This document shows, one piece after another, positions 44,653 through 57,600 of a stretch of DNA of 64,000 nt. Origin of the DNA: Mustelus asterias (lineage: Eukaryota). Each line of letters opens with the position of its first letter. Positions within the stretch are counted from its first letter, which is position 1. Both the position numbers and the translations under genes were made by a program. The notes below the pieces were generated by a model, which was not told the origin of the DNA, did no database searches, and saw nothing but the letters and a program-made list of their open reading frames with translations. The stretch covers positions 23,374,001 through 23,438,000 of the forward strand of contig NC_135808.1 in the NCBI RefSeq assembly GCF_964213995.1. The letters run 5' to 3'.

Positions 44653-47600
44653 ATCTGGGTCTGATGGGTTTTGCTAGTGTTTGGGGTCTGCTGGGTTTAG
44701 CTGGTGTTTGGAGGTCTGATGGGATTTGCTGGTGGTGTGTGGTTGGAATGTTGAAGGAAATAATATTTATGATTGAGAGCGAGGCCATTCAGCCCATCAT
44801 ATCCCTTCCTGTTCATGAAGAACTCTCCTGCTTAATATCACCTCCTGTACTCGATCTGTAGCTCTGTCGATCACAGCTCTTCAACTCGACGTCCAAGAAT
44901 GGATTCAATGTGGTGAGAGTTTCTGCGTCTACCATCCTTTCAGACAGTGCTTCAGCTGTCGTCTATCTGGTGTTGTTACAATTCTAGCAAAACCATTCTG
45001 CTGTCTGTCTCAACTGATGAAAGAAAAGCATGTTATGTACCTTCTTTACCATGTAATTAACCTGTCCTGAAAACTTTCCCAATCTGTGGACATGCACTCC
45101 TGGATCCCTCTGATCCTCCACATTACTCATTATCCTCCCATTTACTGGGGAATCCCTTTGCCTTGTTCATCCTCCCGAAATCCATCACCTCTCACTGCTC
45201 CAGATTGAATTCCATTTTCCAATGCTTTTCCCAACTGCTCAGGCCATCTCTATCTTCCTGCAATCTGAAGCTTTCCTCTTCACTGACACCTACACAGATA
45301 ATATTTGTACCTCTGTAAACTCTTTATCATTCCCGCTGCATTTGAATCTAAATGATTCACATGAACTACAAAAAGTGAGGGTGTGAGTGCTGGGTCCTGT
45401 GGAACCCCCACTGGTAACAAGAAGTCTTGTTTAGGTCTGAGAAGTCTCTCAACATCAGGTTAAAATCCAATTCGGAATCACGAGCTTTCGGAGAACTGCT
45501 CCTTCGTCAGATGAGTGATGGTCAGTCCAACGCCGGCATCTCCACATCATGGGCATCATTCTAGTCGCAATCAACCCCTTACCCCTTTGCTTCCTGCCAC
45601 TGAGCTAATTTGGGGTCTGATTTGTCAATGTCTCTTGGATCTCGATGAGTTTTACATTTCTGACCAGCCTGCCATGTGGGACCTTGTCCAAAGCATTATT
45701 AAAATGCATGTTGACCTTGTCCACCTCACTGCCCTCATCAACCCTCCTTCTCACCTCTTCCAAATTTTCAGTCAGAAAGCTTGAGATGAGCTCCCCTTAA
45801 ATCCACGCTAACTTCCCTCGACTAATCTGTGCCTTTCTCGATGAAGGTTTGTACCGTTCCTCATAATTGGTTCCAACAATGTTCCCACTGCCGAAGTTAC
45901 ACTAACTGGTGTATAATTACTCAGATTGCCCCTTCTCTTTTCAATCCATGGTGTAATGTTGGCAGTCATTTAATCTTCTTCCACACTCCTGTAGCCCGGG
46001 AGGAATGATTCTGATGATCAGAGCCTCTGCAATTCCCTCCTTTGCTTCTTTTAACCCGGTGATTTACCATCTTTCAAAGTTATAAAATCCCTGAATACAT
46101 CATCTCTTACAGTGTTTATCTGATGCAGTAATTCACACACTTCTTCTTTAACTGCAATGTCAGCATTGCTCCCTGTTTCCCAAAGACAGTGGCAATGTAT
46201 TTATTCACAACCTCAACACATTCTCCCTCCTCTCTCACAGACTATCTTATTGGTGTCCACCAGGCCTTACTCTTTCCTTATCCTTTTCTCTTCAGGTACT
46301 TAAAGAACATCCTTGGAGGTTCCTTGATTTTTCTTGCCAGTATTTTGTCGTGCCCCCTCTCCTTTCCCAGTATTCCTCTCTCAGTATCTCTTCCAGGTTT
46401 CTGCATTGTTAGGCGTGAGGGGTCTGATGGATTTTGCTGCTGGTTTTTGTGGGGGTCTGATGGGTTTTGTTGGGTGTGTTCCAGCTCTGCTGGCTTTGCC
46501 TCAGTTTTTCTTTCTCATCCCCAGTGCCCTCCAGTGCATTCCAGGGTTTGTAATCTAGGAACACCAGTTCCCAAGAACAGCAGCGGGAGAGGATGAGAGA
46601 ATGAGGGAAGATGTGATTTCATCAAGGTGACAGCGACCGACTGATTCAAGCTCCACATATGTGATTCTGTTTAAATGGAACTGTGATGATGGTTTGGAAG
46701 TAATTGCTATATCTGGAGCTGCACTTTCTGAGCTATTCTGATCTGAGCTGCTTATTCTGCACAGACACTAGAGGGCGATCTTATGAAAAATATTCTCTGT
46801 CCAGAAAGAGCATGAAAATGGGAGAGTTTCTGATCCGTGTTTCAGGCGTATCCAAATCTACAATCTTATGCACTTGTTTCTCACCCTTGTAGGGGGAGGG
46901 GGCAGGTCTTAAATAACCAGAATGCTGCCTGAAAGCAGCAGAGGACACCATTGCGCATCTGCAGGTCCCTCTGCTCTGAGCTGCAGAGAGACCTGTCACT
47001 CAGCCTCTGCTGCTTTCACCAGACCTCCATGGCCTAAACACGGACTCCCCAGCTGCCACGGCGGTCCGTGGCCTAATGCAACCCCTGATGGTCGGACCAA
47101 TTGACCCCGTGACACCCTACATGTCCGGACAGACCAAACCGCGCCTCTGGGACAGATTGAACCCCGTGACCCCCCTCCCCCTAATTCGGACCGACTTTCC
47201 CTGTCCATCCCACCACCGATCGCAATGCAGTAGCCCCCGCTACTTCTCTCACTGATGGCAAATACTCAGTGGCAGTAGCCCCCCCACACCCCAAATTGCA
47301 AATGCATAGCGTGCAGCGCCCCGCCCCCATCACCACAGGTTGGTCCCACCCCAGTAGAGCCCCCCTCCAAATAATCAGGCTCCACACCCTTCCCACTCCC
47401 ACTGCCTGGTGCGCACTTCGAAGATACCAGGCTGGCACTGCCCGCAAGGCACTCCCCCCAACCTCTCGGGGTGGCTTCAATGGCTTCTGGATCCACGAGC
47501 GAGGCATCGGGTCTGGTCCCTGTTGTGATTCTCGCTGGAGTGAACCTCTCCCGTGAGGCCACAGAGACGAGAGCCCAGATGATTGCGCCGCGGGCTCGCT

Positions 47601-50600
47601 CATTTTGTTCAAAACAGGTTTTAAATGTAGTCAAGTATTTTATTCAGCCTCGCGCCGCAATGTGTGAGAAATCGGGTGCGAATCTCATCTGTATTGAACT
47701 CATGAATTCCAATATCTTCTGCCCTTTCCTGATTTTTTCTCTTCATGTCTGTTATTCATTGGTGAGTGTGTTTGTGTCACATCTCCCATTCCCAAGCACT
47801 CTGTCTGGGGAAATAACAAACATTATTGAAATATCAGAGCTTTTGTATCAAACTGTCATCTGCAACTCCAAATGTCAGATCGCGGTAAATTTCGAATTCT
47901 TGTCACTGTTGGAAATATTGTTACACTTTGCAGTATTGGACACAATTGTTACCTGTATGTGTGTGTGTGTGTTATTAAAACAACAGAAAAGGTTTATTCT
48001 GCTCGGAGCTGAATGGGTTAATTCTAAATTAAAACACGTTTGGTGAAGGAATTCACTGTCACCGCGATTTCAGAAAGTGACTGGGTTACAATGTTCTCAG
48101 AGTAATGGCGGTTTCAGCAGAACAAAGATATTTCTTCATCTCTTGTGGATTCACCAATTCAAACTGGATACTTCCGAATAAAAACCTTGGAGCAAAATGG
48201 ATTAGAAGATAAAGTCCCAATTGTTCCCCAGGGTTGTTTTTAAATGGAGATTTTAAAAACAAGAATAATCCATGAACAATCACCTTCAATTCATTCCTGA
48301 ATTTGAAATTACACCATTAAAGCTTAAAAAAAATGACCCCACTCTGACAGATGTGAATTTGTATCTGGATTAGAGATCCCACATGTTTCACCCATTTCAA
48401 CAGAGTTTCATTGTAACGGCAACAAGCTCCCAGTTTAAAAACTTTTAAACTGTTCTCCCCCTTTAGACCTCACCATTTTGAGGAAAACACAGAGTTGGAG
48501 CTGGTCTGAAGGAACAGCAACACAGAGCATTCACACAGCCTTTTCTCATTCACTAACAGGAAGTTTACACACACACATCTGTCCACACAATTCTTTCTCA
48601 CATCACTTCAAGTTTCACATTTGGAGGAAAATGTAACTGGATTGATTAGTCAGTTTGCGGACGACACAAAGGTTGGTGGATTTGCGGACAGCGATGAGGA
48701 CCATCAGAGGATGCAGCAAGATGTAGATCAGTTGGAGACTTGGGTGGAGAGATGGCAGGTGAAGTTTAATCCAGACAAATGTGAAGCAATGCATTTTGGA
48801 AGGTCTAATACAGATAGGAAATATACAGTAAATGGCAGAACCCTTCAGAGTATTGATAGCAAAGGGATCTGGGTGTACAGGTACACAGGTCACTGAAAGT
48901 GGCAATGCAGGTGGAGAAGGTAGTCAAGGCGGCATATGGCATGCTTACCTTAATTGGCTCTTGGAATATCGTGTTCCATTCTGGTCGCCACACTACCAGA
49001 AGGATGTGGAGACTTTGGAGAGAGTACAGAAAATATTTACCAGGATGTTGCCTGGTATGGAGGGCATTAGCTATGGGGAGAGGTTGGAGAAATTTGGTTT
49101 GTTCTCACTGGAGCGACGGAGGTTGAGGGGAGGCCTGATAGAAGTCGACAAGATTATGAGGGGCACGGACAGAGTGGATAGTCAGAAGTTTTTTCCCAGG
49201 GTGGAAGAGTCAATTACTAGGGGGCACAGGTTTAAGGTGCGAGGGGCAAGGTTTAAAGGAGATGTACAAGGCAGATTTTTTTTAAAAACAAAGAGTAGTG
49301 GGTGCCTGGAATTCGTGGCCGGGGGGAGGGAGTGGAAGCGGGTATGGCAGTGACTTTTAAGGGGCATCTTGACAAGTACATGAATAGGATGGGAATAGAG
49401 GGATATGTTTCCCGGAAGAGTAGGGGGTTTTAGTTAAGTTAGGCAGCATGGTTGGTGCAGGCTTGGAGGGCCGAAGGGCCTGTTCCTGTGCTGTAATTTT
49501 CTTGGCATATATTCCTATTCTCATGAAAGAGCATCTTATCCAAACTGAAAGTTGGCCAAGGCCGGAATTGAACCCGCGTCCCTGGTACTGTGAGGCAGCA
49601 GCGCTAACCACTGTGCCAGCGTGTCACCCACTTGGACACAGGTTGCTTCACATCCTTTAGATCTGTGCACAGAACGGAGACATATTCATAAAGTAAAAGG
49701 AACAGTTGTTTGTTTACAAATCAGGATATCTCTGAACATAAACAACCCGGTTGTTCACACAGTATTTTAAACTTTACTGTGAGTTTCTTTAATTGCTTTT
49801 TTCTAACCTGCTTCTGATATTCCACCAACCAGACATCAACAGCCCATTTCTGAAAAGCAGCGAGATCCATTTCTTCATCCTGATTCAATAATCTAATCTT
49901 TGGCCTCACATCTCCGTGATCTCTCACTATTTGTTTCTTCCCGTCGATTTTCTCCCAAACATTCCAATTTCCCTACTCTGATCCAAGCATCCAATCACCA
50001 AATACTGTTTCTTTGTGCACCATTTGACCTTTCAATTTAACTCTGCTCGATCAACTGTCCACTTTCTCAAATCACTTCCTTCCTGAACAAACACTAACTT
50101 CTCAAACAAGGCTCGGCAAGCTGAGACCTATTTTTATCGTGATTGCTTCAATGGTACAAGGTTTAATATAAGTACAGGACACAGCTCACACACTGAGAGG
50201 GACAGTATCAGTACAGGACACAGCTCACACACTGAGAGGGACAGTATCAGAACAGGACACAGCTCACACACTGAGAGGGACAGTATCAGTAATGGACACA
50301 GCTCACACACTGAGAGGGACAGTATCAGTAAAGCACAGCGCTCACACACTGAGAGGGATGCTATCAGTGCAGAACTGTGACCGGGATGCAGAATGATCTG
50401 GACAGGTTGAGTGAGTGGGCAAATTGATGGCCGATGCAGTATAATTTGCATAAATGTGAGGTTATTCACTTTGGAAGCAAAAAAAAGGCAGATTACTATC
50501 TGAATGGTGTAAATTGGGAGAAGGGAGTGTGCAGTAGGACTTGGGTGTCCTTGTGCATCAGTCACTGAAGGTAGGCACGCAGGTGCAGCAGGCGGTAAAG

Positions 50601-50740
50601 AAGGCAAATGGCATGTTCGCCTTCACTGCGAGAGGTTTTGAGTGCAGGGGCAAGGATGTGTTGTTGCAATTAAACAGGGCCTTGGTGAGGCCACACCTAG
50701 GGTATTGTGTGCAGTTTTGGTCTTTGTTTACTTGCAACAA

Positions 50741-51976
50741 TGATGTGGAGATGCCGACGTTGGACAGGGGTAAACACAGTCAGAATTTTAACAACACCAG
50801 GTGAAGGTCCAACAGGTTTATTTGATGGCAAATGCCATTAGCTTTTAGGTGTCTGTTGCGATCCTCCTCCAGACGCTGAAAGATGCCCTCATAAGAACAG
50901 GATATGGCGCTCGACTCATTGATCAACATTTCCGACGCGCCACAGCAAAAAACCGCACCGACCTCCTCAGAAGACAAACACGCGACACGGTGGACAGAAT
51001 ACCCTTCGTCGTCCAGTACTTTCCCGGAGCGGAGAAGCTACGGCATCTCCTCCGGAGCATTCAACATGTCATTGATGAAGATGAACATCTCGCCAAGGCC
51101 ATCCCCACACCCCCACTTCTTGCCTTCAAACAACCGCACAACCTCAAACAGATCATTGTCCGCAGCAAACTACCCAGCCTTCAGGAGAACAGTGACCATG
51201 ACACCACACAACCCTGCCACAGCAACCTCTGCAAGACGTGCCGGATCATCGACACGGATGCCATCATCTCACGTGAGAACACCATCCACCAGGTACACGG
51301 TACATACTCTTGCAACTTGGCCAACGTTGTCTACCTGATACGCTGCAGGAAAGGATGTCCTGAGGCATGGTACATTGGAGAAACCATGCAGGCGCTACGA
51401 CAACGGATGAATGAACACCGCTTGACAATCACCAGGCAAGACTGTTGTCTTCCTGTTGGGGAGCACTTCAGCGGTCACGGGCATTCAGCCTCTGATGTTC
51501 GGGTAAGCATTCTCCAAGGCGGCCTTCACGACACACGACAGCGCAGAGTCGCTGAGCAGAAACTGAGAGCCAAGTTCCGCACACATGAGGACGGCCTAAA
51601 CCGGGATGTTGGGTTTATGTCACACTATCAGTAACCCCCACAGCTTGCCTCCTGGACTTGCAGAATCTCACTGGTTGTCCTGTCTGGAGACAATACACAT
51701 CTCTTTAACCTGTGCTTAATGCTCCCTCCACTCACATTGTCTGTATCTTTAAGACCTGGTTGGCTGTAGAGATTCGCATTCTAATCAGTATTCTGTAACT
51801 TGATTTTGTGTCTCTGTATGCCCTGTTTGAGAGCAGATTTCCACTCCATCTGACGAAGGAGCAGCGCTCCGAAAGCTAATGGCATTTGCTACCAAATAAA
51901 CATGTTGGACTTTAACCTGGTGTCGTTAAAACTCTTATTGTGTTTACCCCAGTCCAACGCCGGCATCTCCACATTA
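50741..51976 (+). mobile_element. Penelope-like element with an uninterrupted C-terminal ORF (RT thumb, linker, GIY-YIG)
   Basis: 261-aa ORF 50849..51634 with the CHSNLCKTC linker and the GIY-YIG motif. Confidence 0.9.
51846..51882 (+). ncRNA. Minimal type I hammerhead ribozyme in a Penelope 3' repeat
   Basis: CCAT CTGACGA A GGAGC AGC GCTCC GAAA GC TA ATGG: perfect stems I and II, palindromic AGCT stem III. Confidence 0.68.
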
Positions 51977-54101
51977 TTGTTGCAAGTAAACAGGGCCTTG
52001 GTGAGGCCACACCTCGAATATTGTGTGCAGTTTTGGTCTCCTTTTCTGAGGAAGGATGTTCTTGCTCTCGAGGGAGTGCAGCAAAAGTTTACCAGGCTGA
52101 TTCCGGGGATGGCGGGACTGATGTATGAGAAGAGATTGACTAGGTTAGGATTGTTTTCGCTGGAGTTCAGACGAATGAGGGGGGATCTCATAGAGACGTA
52201 TAAAATTCTAACAGGACTAGAAAGGGTAAGTGCAGGGAGGATATTCCCAATGGAGTTCGCTGGAGTTCAGACGAATGAGGGGGGATCTCATAGAGACTTA
52301 TAAAATTCTAACAGGACTAGAAAGGGTAAGTGCAGGGAGGATATTCCCAATGGTGGGGGAGTCCCAAACCAGGGATCACAGCCTGAGGATTCAGGGTGCA
52401 TCATTTAGGATGGAGGTGAGGAGACATTTCTTCACCCAAAGTGTGGTGAGCCTGTGGAATTCATTACCACAGGAAGTAGCTGATGCCAAAACATTGAATG
52501 TATTCAAGAGGCAACTGGATAAAGCACTTGGGGCGAATGGGATCAAAGGTTATGGAGAAAAAGCAGGATTCGGCTATTGAATTGGATGATCAGCATGATT
52601 GTAATGAATGGCGGAGCAGACTCGAAAGGTCAAATGGCCTCCTCCTGCTCCTATCTTCTATGTTTCTGTGTTTCTATGGACCAATTCTTCCTGTTTCAGT
52701 CTTGCAGGTCCAAAATGCAGAGAGGTTACACTCAGATGAGGATTCTCTGGCAGCAGGTTGTGAACCAGACACAACTTGAGGCAAGGCAGAGAGAGAATCA
52801 GGTTGCGTTGCCTTCATTTTCCAACTTTTTGCCCAGAGAGACTCGTGGAATGGCTACAGTGCAGAAGAGGCCATTCAGCCCATTGAACCTGCACCAACAA
52901 CAATCCCATCCAGGCCCTATTCCTGTCACCCAACATATATACCCTGTTAAACCCCCTGACATTAAGGGGCAATTTAGCATCGCTAATCCACCTAACCAGC
53001 ACATCTTTGGACTGTGGGAGGAAACCAGAGAACCCAGAGGAAACCCATGCAGACACAATCAGTCACCCAAAGGTGGAATTGAGTCTGGGTCCCTGGCACG
53101 GTGAGGGAGCAGTGCTGACCGCTGTGCCATCATGGCACCCCAATTCAATTCAAACCAGCAGTTTCAAAACTTAAAGTTTCTCCCTGCCGTGTGATTTCCA
53201 GAACACCACGAGACTTTGCTTTTCAGTTTTATTACCCAGCAATTAAAGTGAATCCAGTTCAAAACTAGCAAACAACTCTTCCTCAAGTACCATACAGGTC
53301 AGGTGAAGGCAGGCTGGCTCTCAGTCCAAGGAGTATTTATGGCCCTCTTTTGAGAAAAAAACTCCAAGTCAGTATCAACTATCCGGACAGTGCAATATGT
53401 TTCCATGTTTTATGAAAGATATGCGTTTCCCAACACATTGAATTGTCCCAGTGTCATTCAGAAGTCCCTTATCTCCAATAATATTCCAGCAAATCTCCTC
53501 TGCACCCTCTCTAATACGTTGATATTCCTCCTAAAACAGTATGACCAGAGGTGGGGTCAATTCTCCAGCTGGGATCTAATCAATATTTTATCAATGTTCA
53601 GCGTGACCTCCTTGCTTTTGTACTCTGTGCCTCTATTTATAAAGCAATGGGGTCCAGATGCTTCTTTCACAGTCTCATCACACCTTCCTGCCAGCCTCAT
53701 ACTCACTCAGGTCTCTCTGTTCCTGCAATCCCTTTATAACTGTACCATTCAGTTTACATTCCCTCTGTCCATTCTTCTGTTCAAACTGCATCACTTCAAA
53801 TACCTCACTGGATTGTATTTCACCTGCCCTGTGTCTGCCCATTTCACCAACCTGTCTAATGGAACATTGATTGTGTCTGGATGGGAGACAAAGTGATGGA
53901 AGTGAAGCTTCAGTTTCACAGAGTCTTTGTTCAGAGCCTGTCTGGAGTAACTGTGTTCAGTTCTGGACACCGCACCTCAGGAAGGGGAGATTGGTCTTGG
54001 AGAGGGTTCTGATCACCAGAATAATAAAAGGAGGTTAAATGAAAGGGGTTTTTTTCCCACAGAGTTTATCTGATTGGACAGTTCTCATTGAGGCAGTTTC
54101 T

Positions 54102-54164
54102 CAACCTGTTTGTGTCTATTCTGCCGGAGACTGATGACTCACTGAATCTCTTTATTCTGATTGG
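54102..54164 (+). promoter_or_regulatory. MHC SXY promoter module of gene D
   Basis: CAACCT, CCGGAGACTGATGACTCA and CTGATTGG with the same spacing as gene C. Confidence 0.72.
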
Positions 54165-54286
54165 TTTAAATCCTATTTTGTGTCCAATCAGATTGAGGCT
54201 CAGTGTCAACAGGGAAAGACAGAAGGAGTGAGTTGAGAAGATCACCTTTCTTTGAAAAAGAGTTTCCTCCAAATGTTTCCCCCAAC

Positions 54287-54566
54287 ATGAGGGAAGCAGC
54301 AATGATTGGACTGATAGAGCTGGTCCTTCTGTGTGGAGAGGTGTCTGCAGGTGAGTGATGGGGTGTGAGAGGGGCAATGCCAGGCTGGGTAATGGGGCAT
54401 TAACCCTGGGTCAGTGAGTGATGGGATGTGAGAGGGGCAATGCCAGGCTGGGTACTGGGGCGTTAACCCTGGGTCAGTGAGTGATGGGGTGTGAGAGAGG
54501 CAATGCCAGGCTGGGTGGAGGTCTTGCTCTCGGTTTGGAATCAGTGTTTGGGGTTCATGCCCTGAT

Positions 54567-54600
<34 letters not shown>

Positions 54601-57600
54601 GTGTTGGTGTTTTTAGGGTGTCTATCCTGAATTCTCTCTCTCTCTATTTCAGGCTCTCACTCTCTCCGGTATTTCTTCACGGGAATGACTCCGATCCCGG
54701 GTTTCCCGGAGTTTGTGGTTGTCGGTTCTGTGGACGGTGTCCAGTTTGTTGTGTACGACAGCGATCGGAGGGAGCTGATCCCCCGGGAGCAGTGGATGGT
54801 GGAGAGCGAGGGTCGGGCAGCCTGGGAGCGGAAGAAGATCTTCGCACAGGAGCGGGCGATGCGTTTCAAACGTGCATTTCCACTGCTCATGTCCGACACC
54901 AACCAGACAGGAGGTGAGTGCTCACTCTCCCAGCACCAGGGGATCCAGGTGGGAATGAGGAGAAACCCAGAGTGGATCAGGAACCGAGAGCCAGAGGCTG
55001 ATTGGCTGCGATTGGAGATGTGACAGGAAATGTGATTGGCTGTGAATGTGTGGAAGGATTGTTTCCAGGGAGACTGGCTCTGATTGGCTGTGTGTGAGTG
55101 GAGGAGGTGGGGGGTGCGGGGGCGAGGGGCGGGAGCAGTTGACGGTGATTGGCTGTTAGGATGAGATTGCCCAGTGAGACTGGTTCTGATTGGCTGTTTG
55201 TGTTTCTGATCCACAGGGATCCATGTCTGCCAGATAGTGACTGGCTGTGACCTGAGCGATGATGGGACCATGAGTGGATTCAGCCAGTACGGGTGGGATG
55301 GACATGATGTTCTCAGCTTCGACAAGGATCACATGGTGTGGGTGACCCCGGTCACATGGGGGAAGAGCATCAAAAACTGGTGCAACCGGCAGACTGGCAA
55401 CATTCAGCAATGGAAACATTACCTGGAGGTGGAGTGTATCGAGTGGCTGAGAAAATACCTGGAGTATGGACAGAGAGAATTGAGAGTCTGTGAGTGAGGG
55501 GGGAGTGAGAGTCGGTGAGTGAGGGGGGAGTGAGAGTCGGTGAGTGAGGGGGGGAGTGAGAGTCGGTGAGTGAGGGGGGAGTGAGTCGGTGAGTGAGGGG
55601 GGAGTGAGTGAGAGGGGAGTGAGAGTCGGTGAGTGAGGGGGGAGTGAGAGTCGGTGAGTGAGGGGGGGAGCGAGTGTGGGGAGAGCGAGTGTGGGGGGGG
55701 GTGAGTGTGAGCGAGGGTGGGGGGAGCGAGTGTGGGTGAGGGTGGGGGGAGCGAGTGTGGGCGAGTGTGGGGGGAGCGGGTGTGGGCGAGGGTGGCGGGC
55801 GGGTGTGGGCAAGGGTGGGGGAAGCGGGTGGGGGCGAGGGTGGGGGGGCGAGGGTGGGGGGAGCGAGAGTCGGTGAGTGAGGGGGGATTGAGAGTCGGTG
55901 AGTGAGGGGGGAGTGAGAGTCGGTGAGTGAGGGGGGAGTGAGAGTCGGTGAGTGAGGGGGGAGTGAGAGTTGGTGAAGGGGGTGATGCCGGGACTCTTAT
56001 CTCGAGGTTCCTGTACTGACTCCTCTTTCTTTCTCTCTCAGTTGGCCCCGTCGTGTCCTTTACCCGTCTGGGTGATTCTAACCGGCTGTCCTGTGCCGTC
56101 ACCGGGTTTTACCCTCAGGCCATCGAGGTGAATGTGTGGAGAGACGGAGTGGTGATTGATGAGACTCTGTCCAGTGGGATCTTACCCAATCACGACAGCA
56201 CCTACCAGATCCGGAAATGGGTAGAGTTTGATCCAGAGGACCAGGCCGAATATTCCTGTCGGGTGGAACACAGCGGGATGAAGGAGACACTGGTGGTGAT
56301 TTACGGTAAGACTGTTTCTCACTGTTAGAGAGGACCCAGCCTCAGACCAGGATCACAGGAGTGAGGGTCAGTGCTGAGCTGTCAACCCAGGATATCGAGA
56401 GAGGGAAATAAATATTATTCAATGCGTTATATATCATGGTTCCACAGTGCAACATGATACAGCGGATCATTGGATATTGGGATCGCACTGGGCCTGGTGT
56501 AACATTGGACACGAGTGTCGGTCTGGGCCTGGGGTATTCTGGGATATTGCAGTATAGTGGGGCCCAGTGAATCCTGGGATATTGCAGTAGTTCAGAACAT
56601 GGTGTATCCTGAGATACTCTCGTAGGACACATCCCAGTGAATCCTGGGATGTTGCAGTAGTACAGACCGTGGTGTATCCTGAGATATTCTCGTAGGACAC
56701 ATCCCAGTGTATCCTGGGATATTGCAGCCTGTCAGGGCCTGGTGAATCCTGGGATATTACAGGAGGTTGGGCACCGTGGAATATCAGAGGATGGAGAGAG
56801 CCTGGTGTTTCCAAGAAACAATGCTTTTCACTGTGTCCCAATACATGTGACAATAATAAATCATATCAAATATTACAGTAGGACAGGACCCAGTGCATCC
56901 TGGAAGTTTACTTCAGTCAGATTAAGATCAGTATTCAGAGAAATAATGGAATTCCTTCTATTGGAGACAATTCATGAAAATCTAGAATCAAATACTATAA
57001 CAATGAATATTCAGCATGGATTTTGAAATGGAAAATCTTGTTTTACTCCACTTAGTGAATTTTTTGAGGATGTAACAGAGGGAATAGACAATGGAAATGT
57101 AATAGATATAATATCATATAATTTTTTTAATGTAATAGAAAAGGGGGTTCGTGATGGACTGATTGACAAGGTGAAAGCATGTGGAGTTAGGGGATGAGTG
57201 ACAGAATGGATCACTCACTGACTTTGGGAGAGAAAGCAGAGAGTGTGAGTAAAGGGTGTTTCAGAGTTACAGAAAGTGTTCCACAAGGATCAGTGCTGGG
57301 ATCACCGCTGTTCACAAGTTACACTCCATAACTTGGATATTGGAATCAAAAATACCATTTCTTAATTTGCAGATAACACCAAATTGGGGGAATTATTTGA
57401 TATTGAGGAGAAGTGTATTAAATTAATAGGACATGAATAAACTTGAACAAATAGTTGGTGAATAAAGTTCAGCACAGATAAACGTGAAGTATTTTTCAGT
57501 TAATGATGAATAGGGAGGGTTGAGGAACAAAGGGATCTTGATGTACAAATACACCAATCAGTAAACATAGAGTTACAGGTTAGACAATAAACAAAATACA

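Larger units (their letters stand above)
28340..45952. other. Segmental duplication unit containing gene C (paralogous to ~46220-64000 containing gene D; offset about 17.1-17.9 kb)
   Basis: Colinear near-identical ORFs and repeats, e.g. 30791/48621, 35533/53390, 36431/54287, 39841/57011. Confidence 0.9.
50385..52680 (+). mobile_element. CR1 LINE fragment interrupted by a Penelope-like element (paralog of 32638..34820)
   Basis: Same junctions; extra 100-bp tandem duplication at about 52156-52353. Confidence 0.85.
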
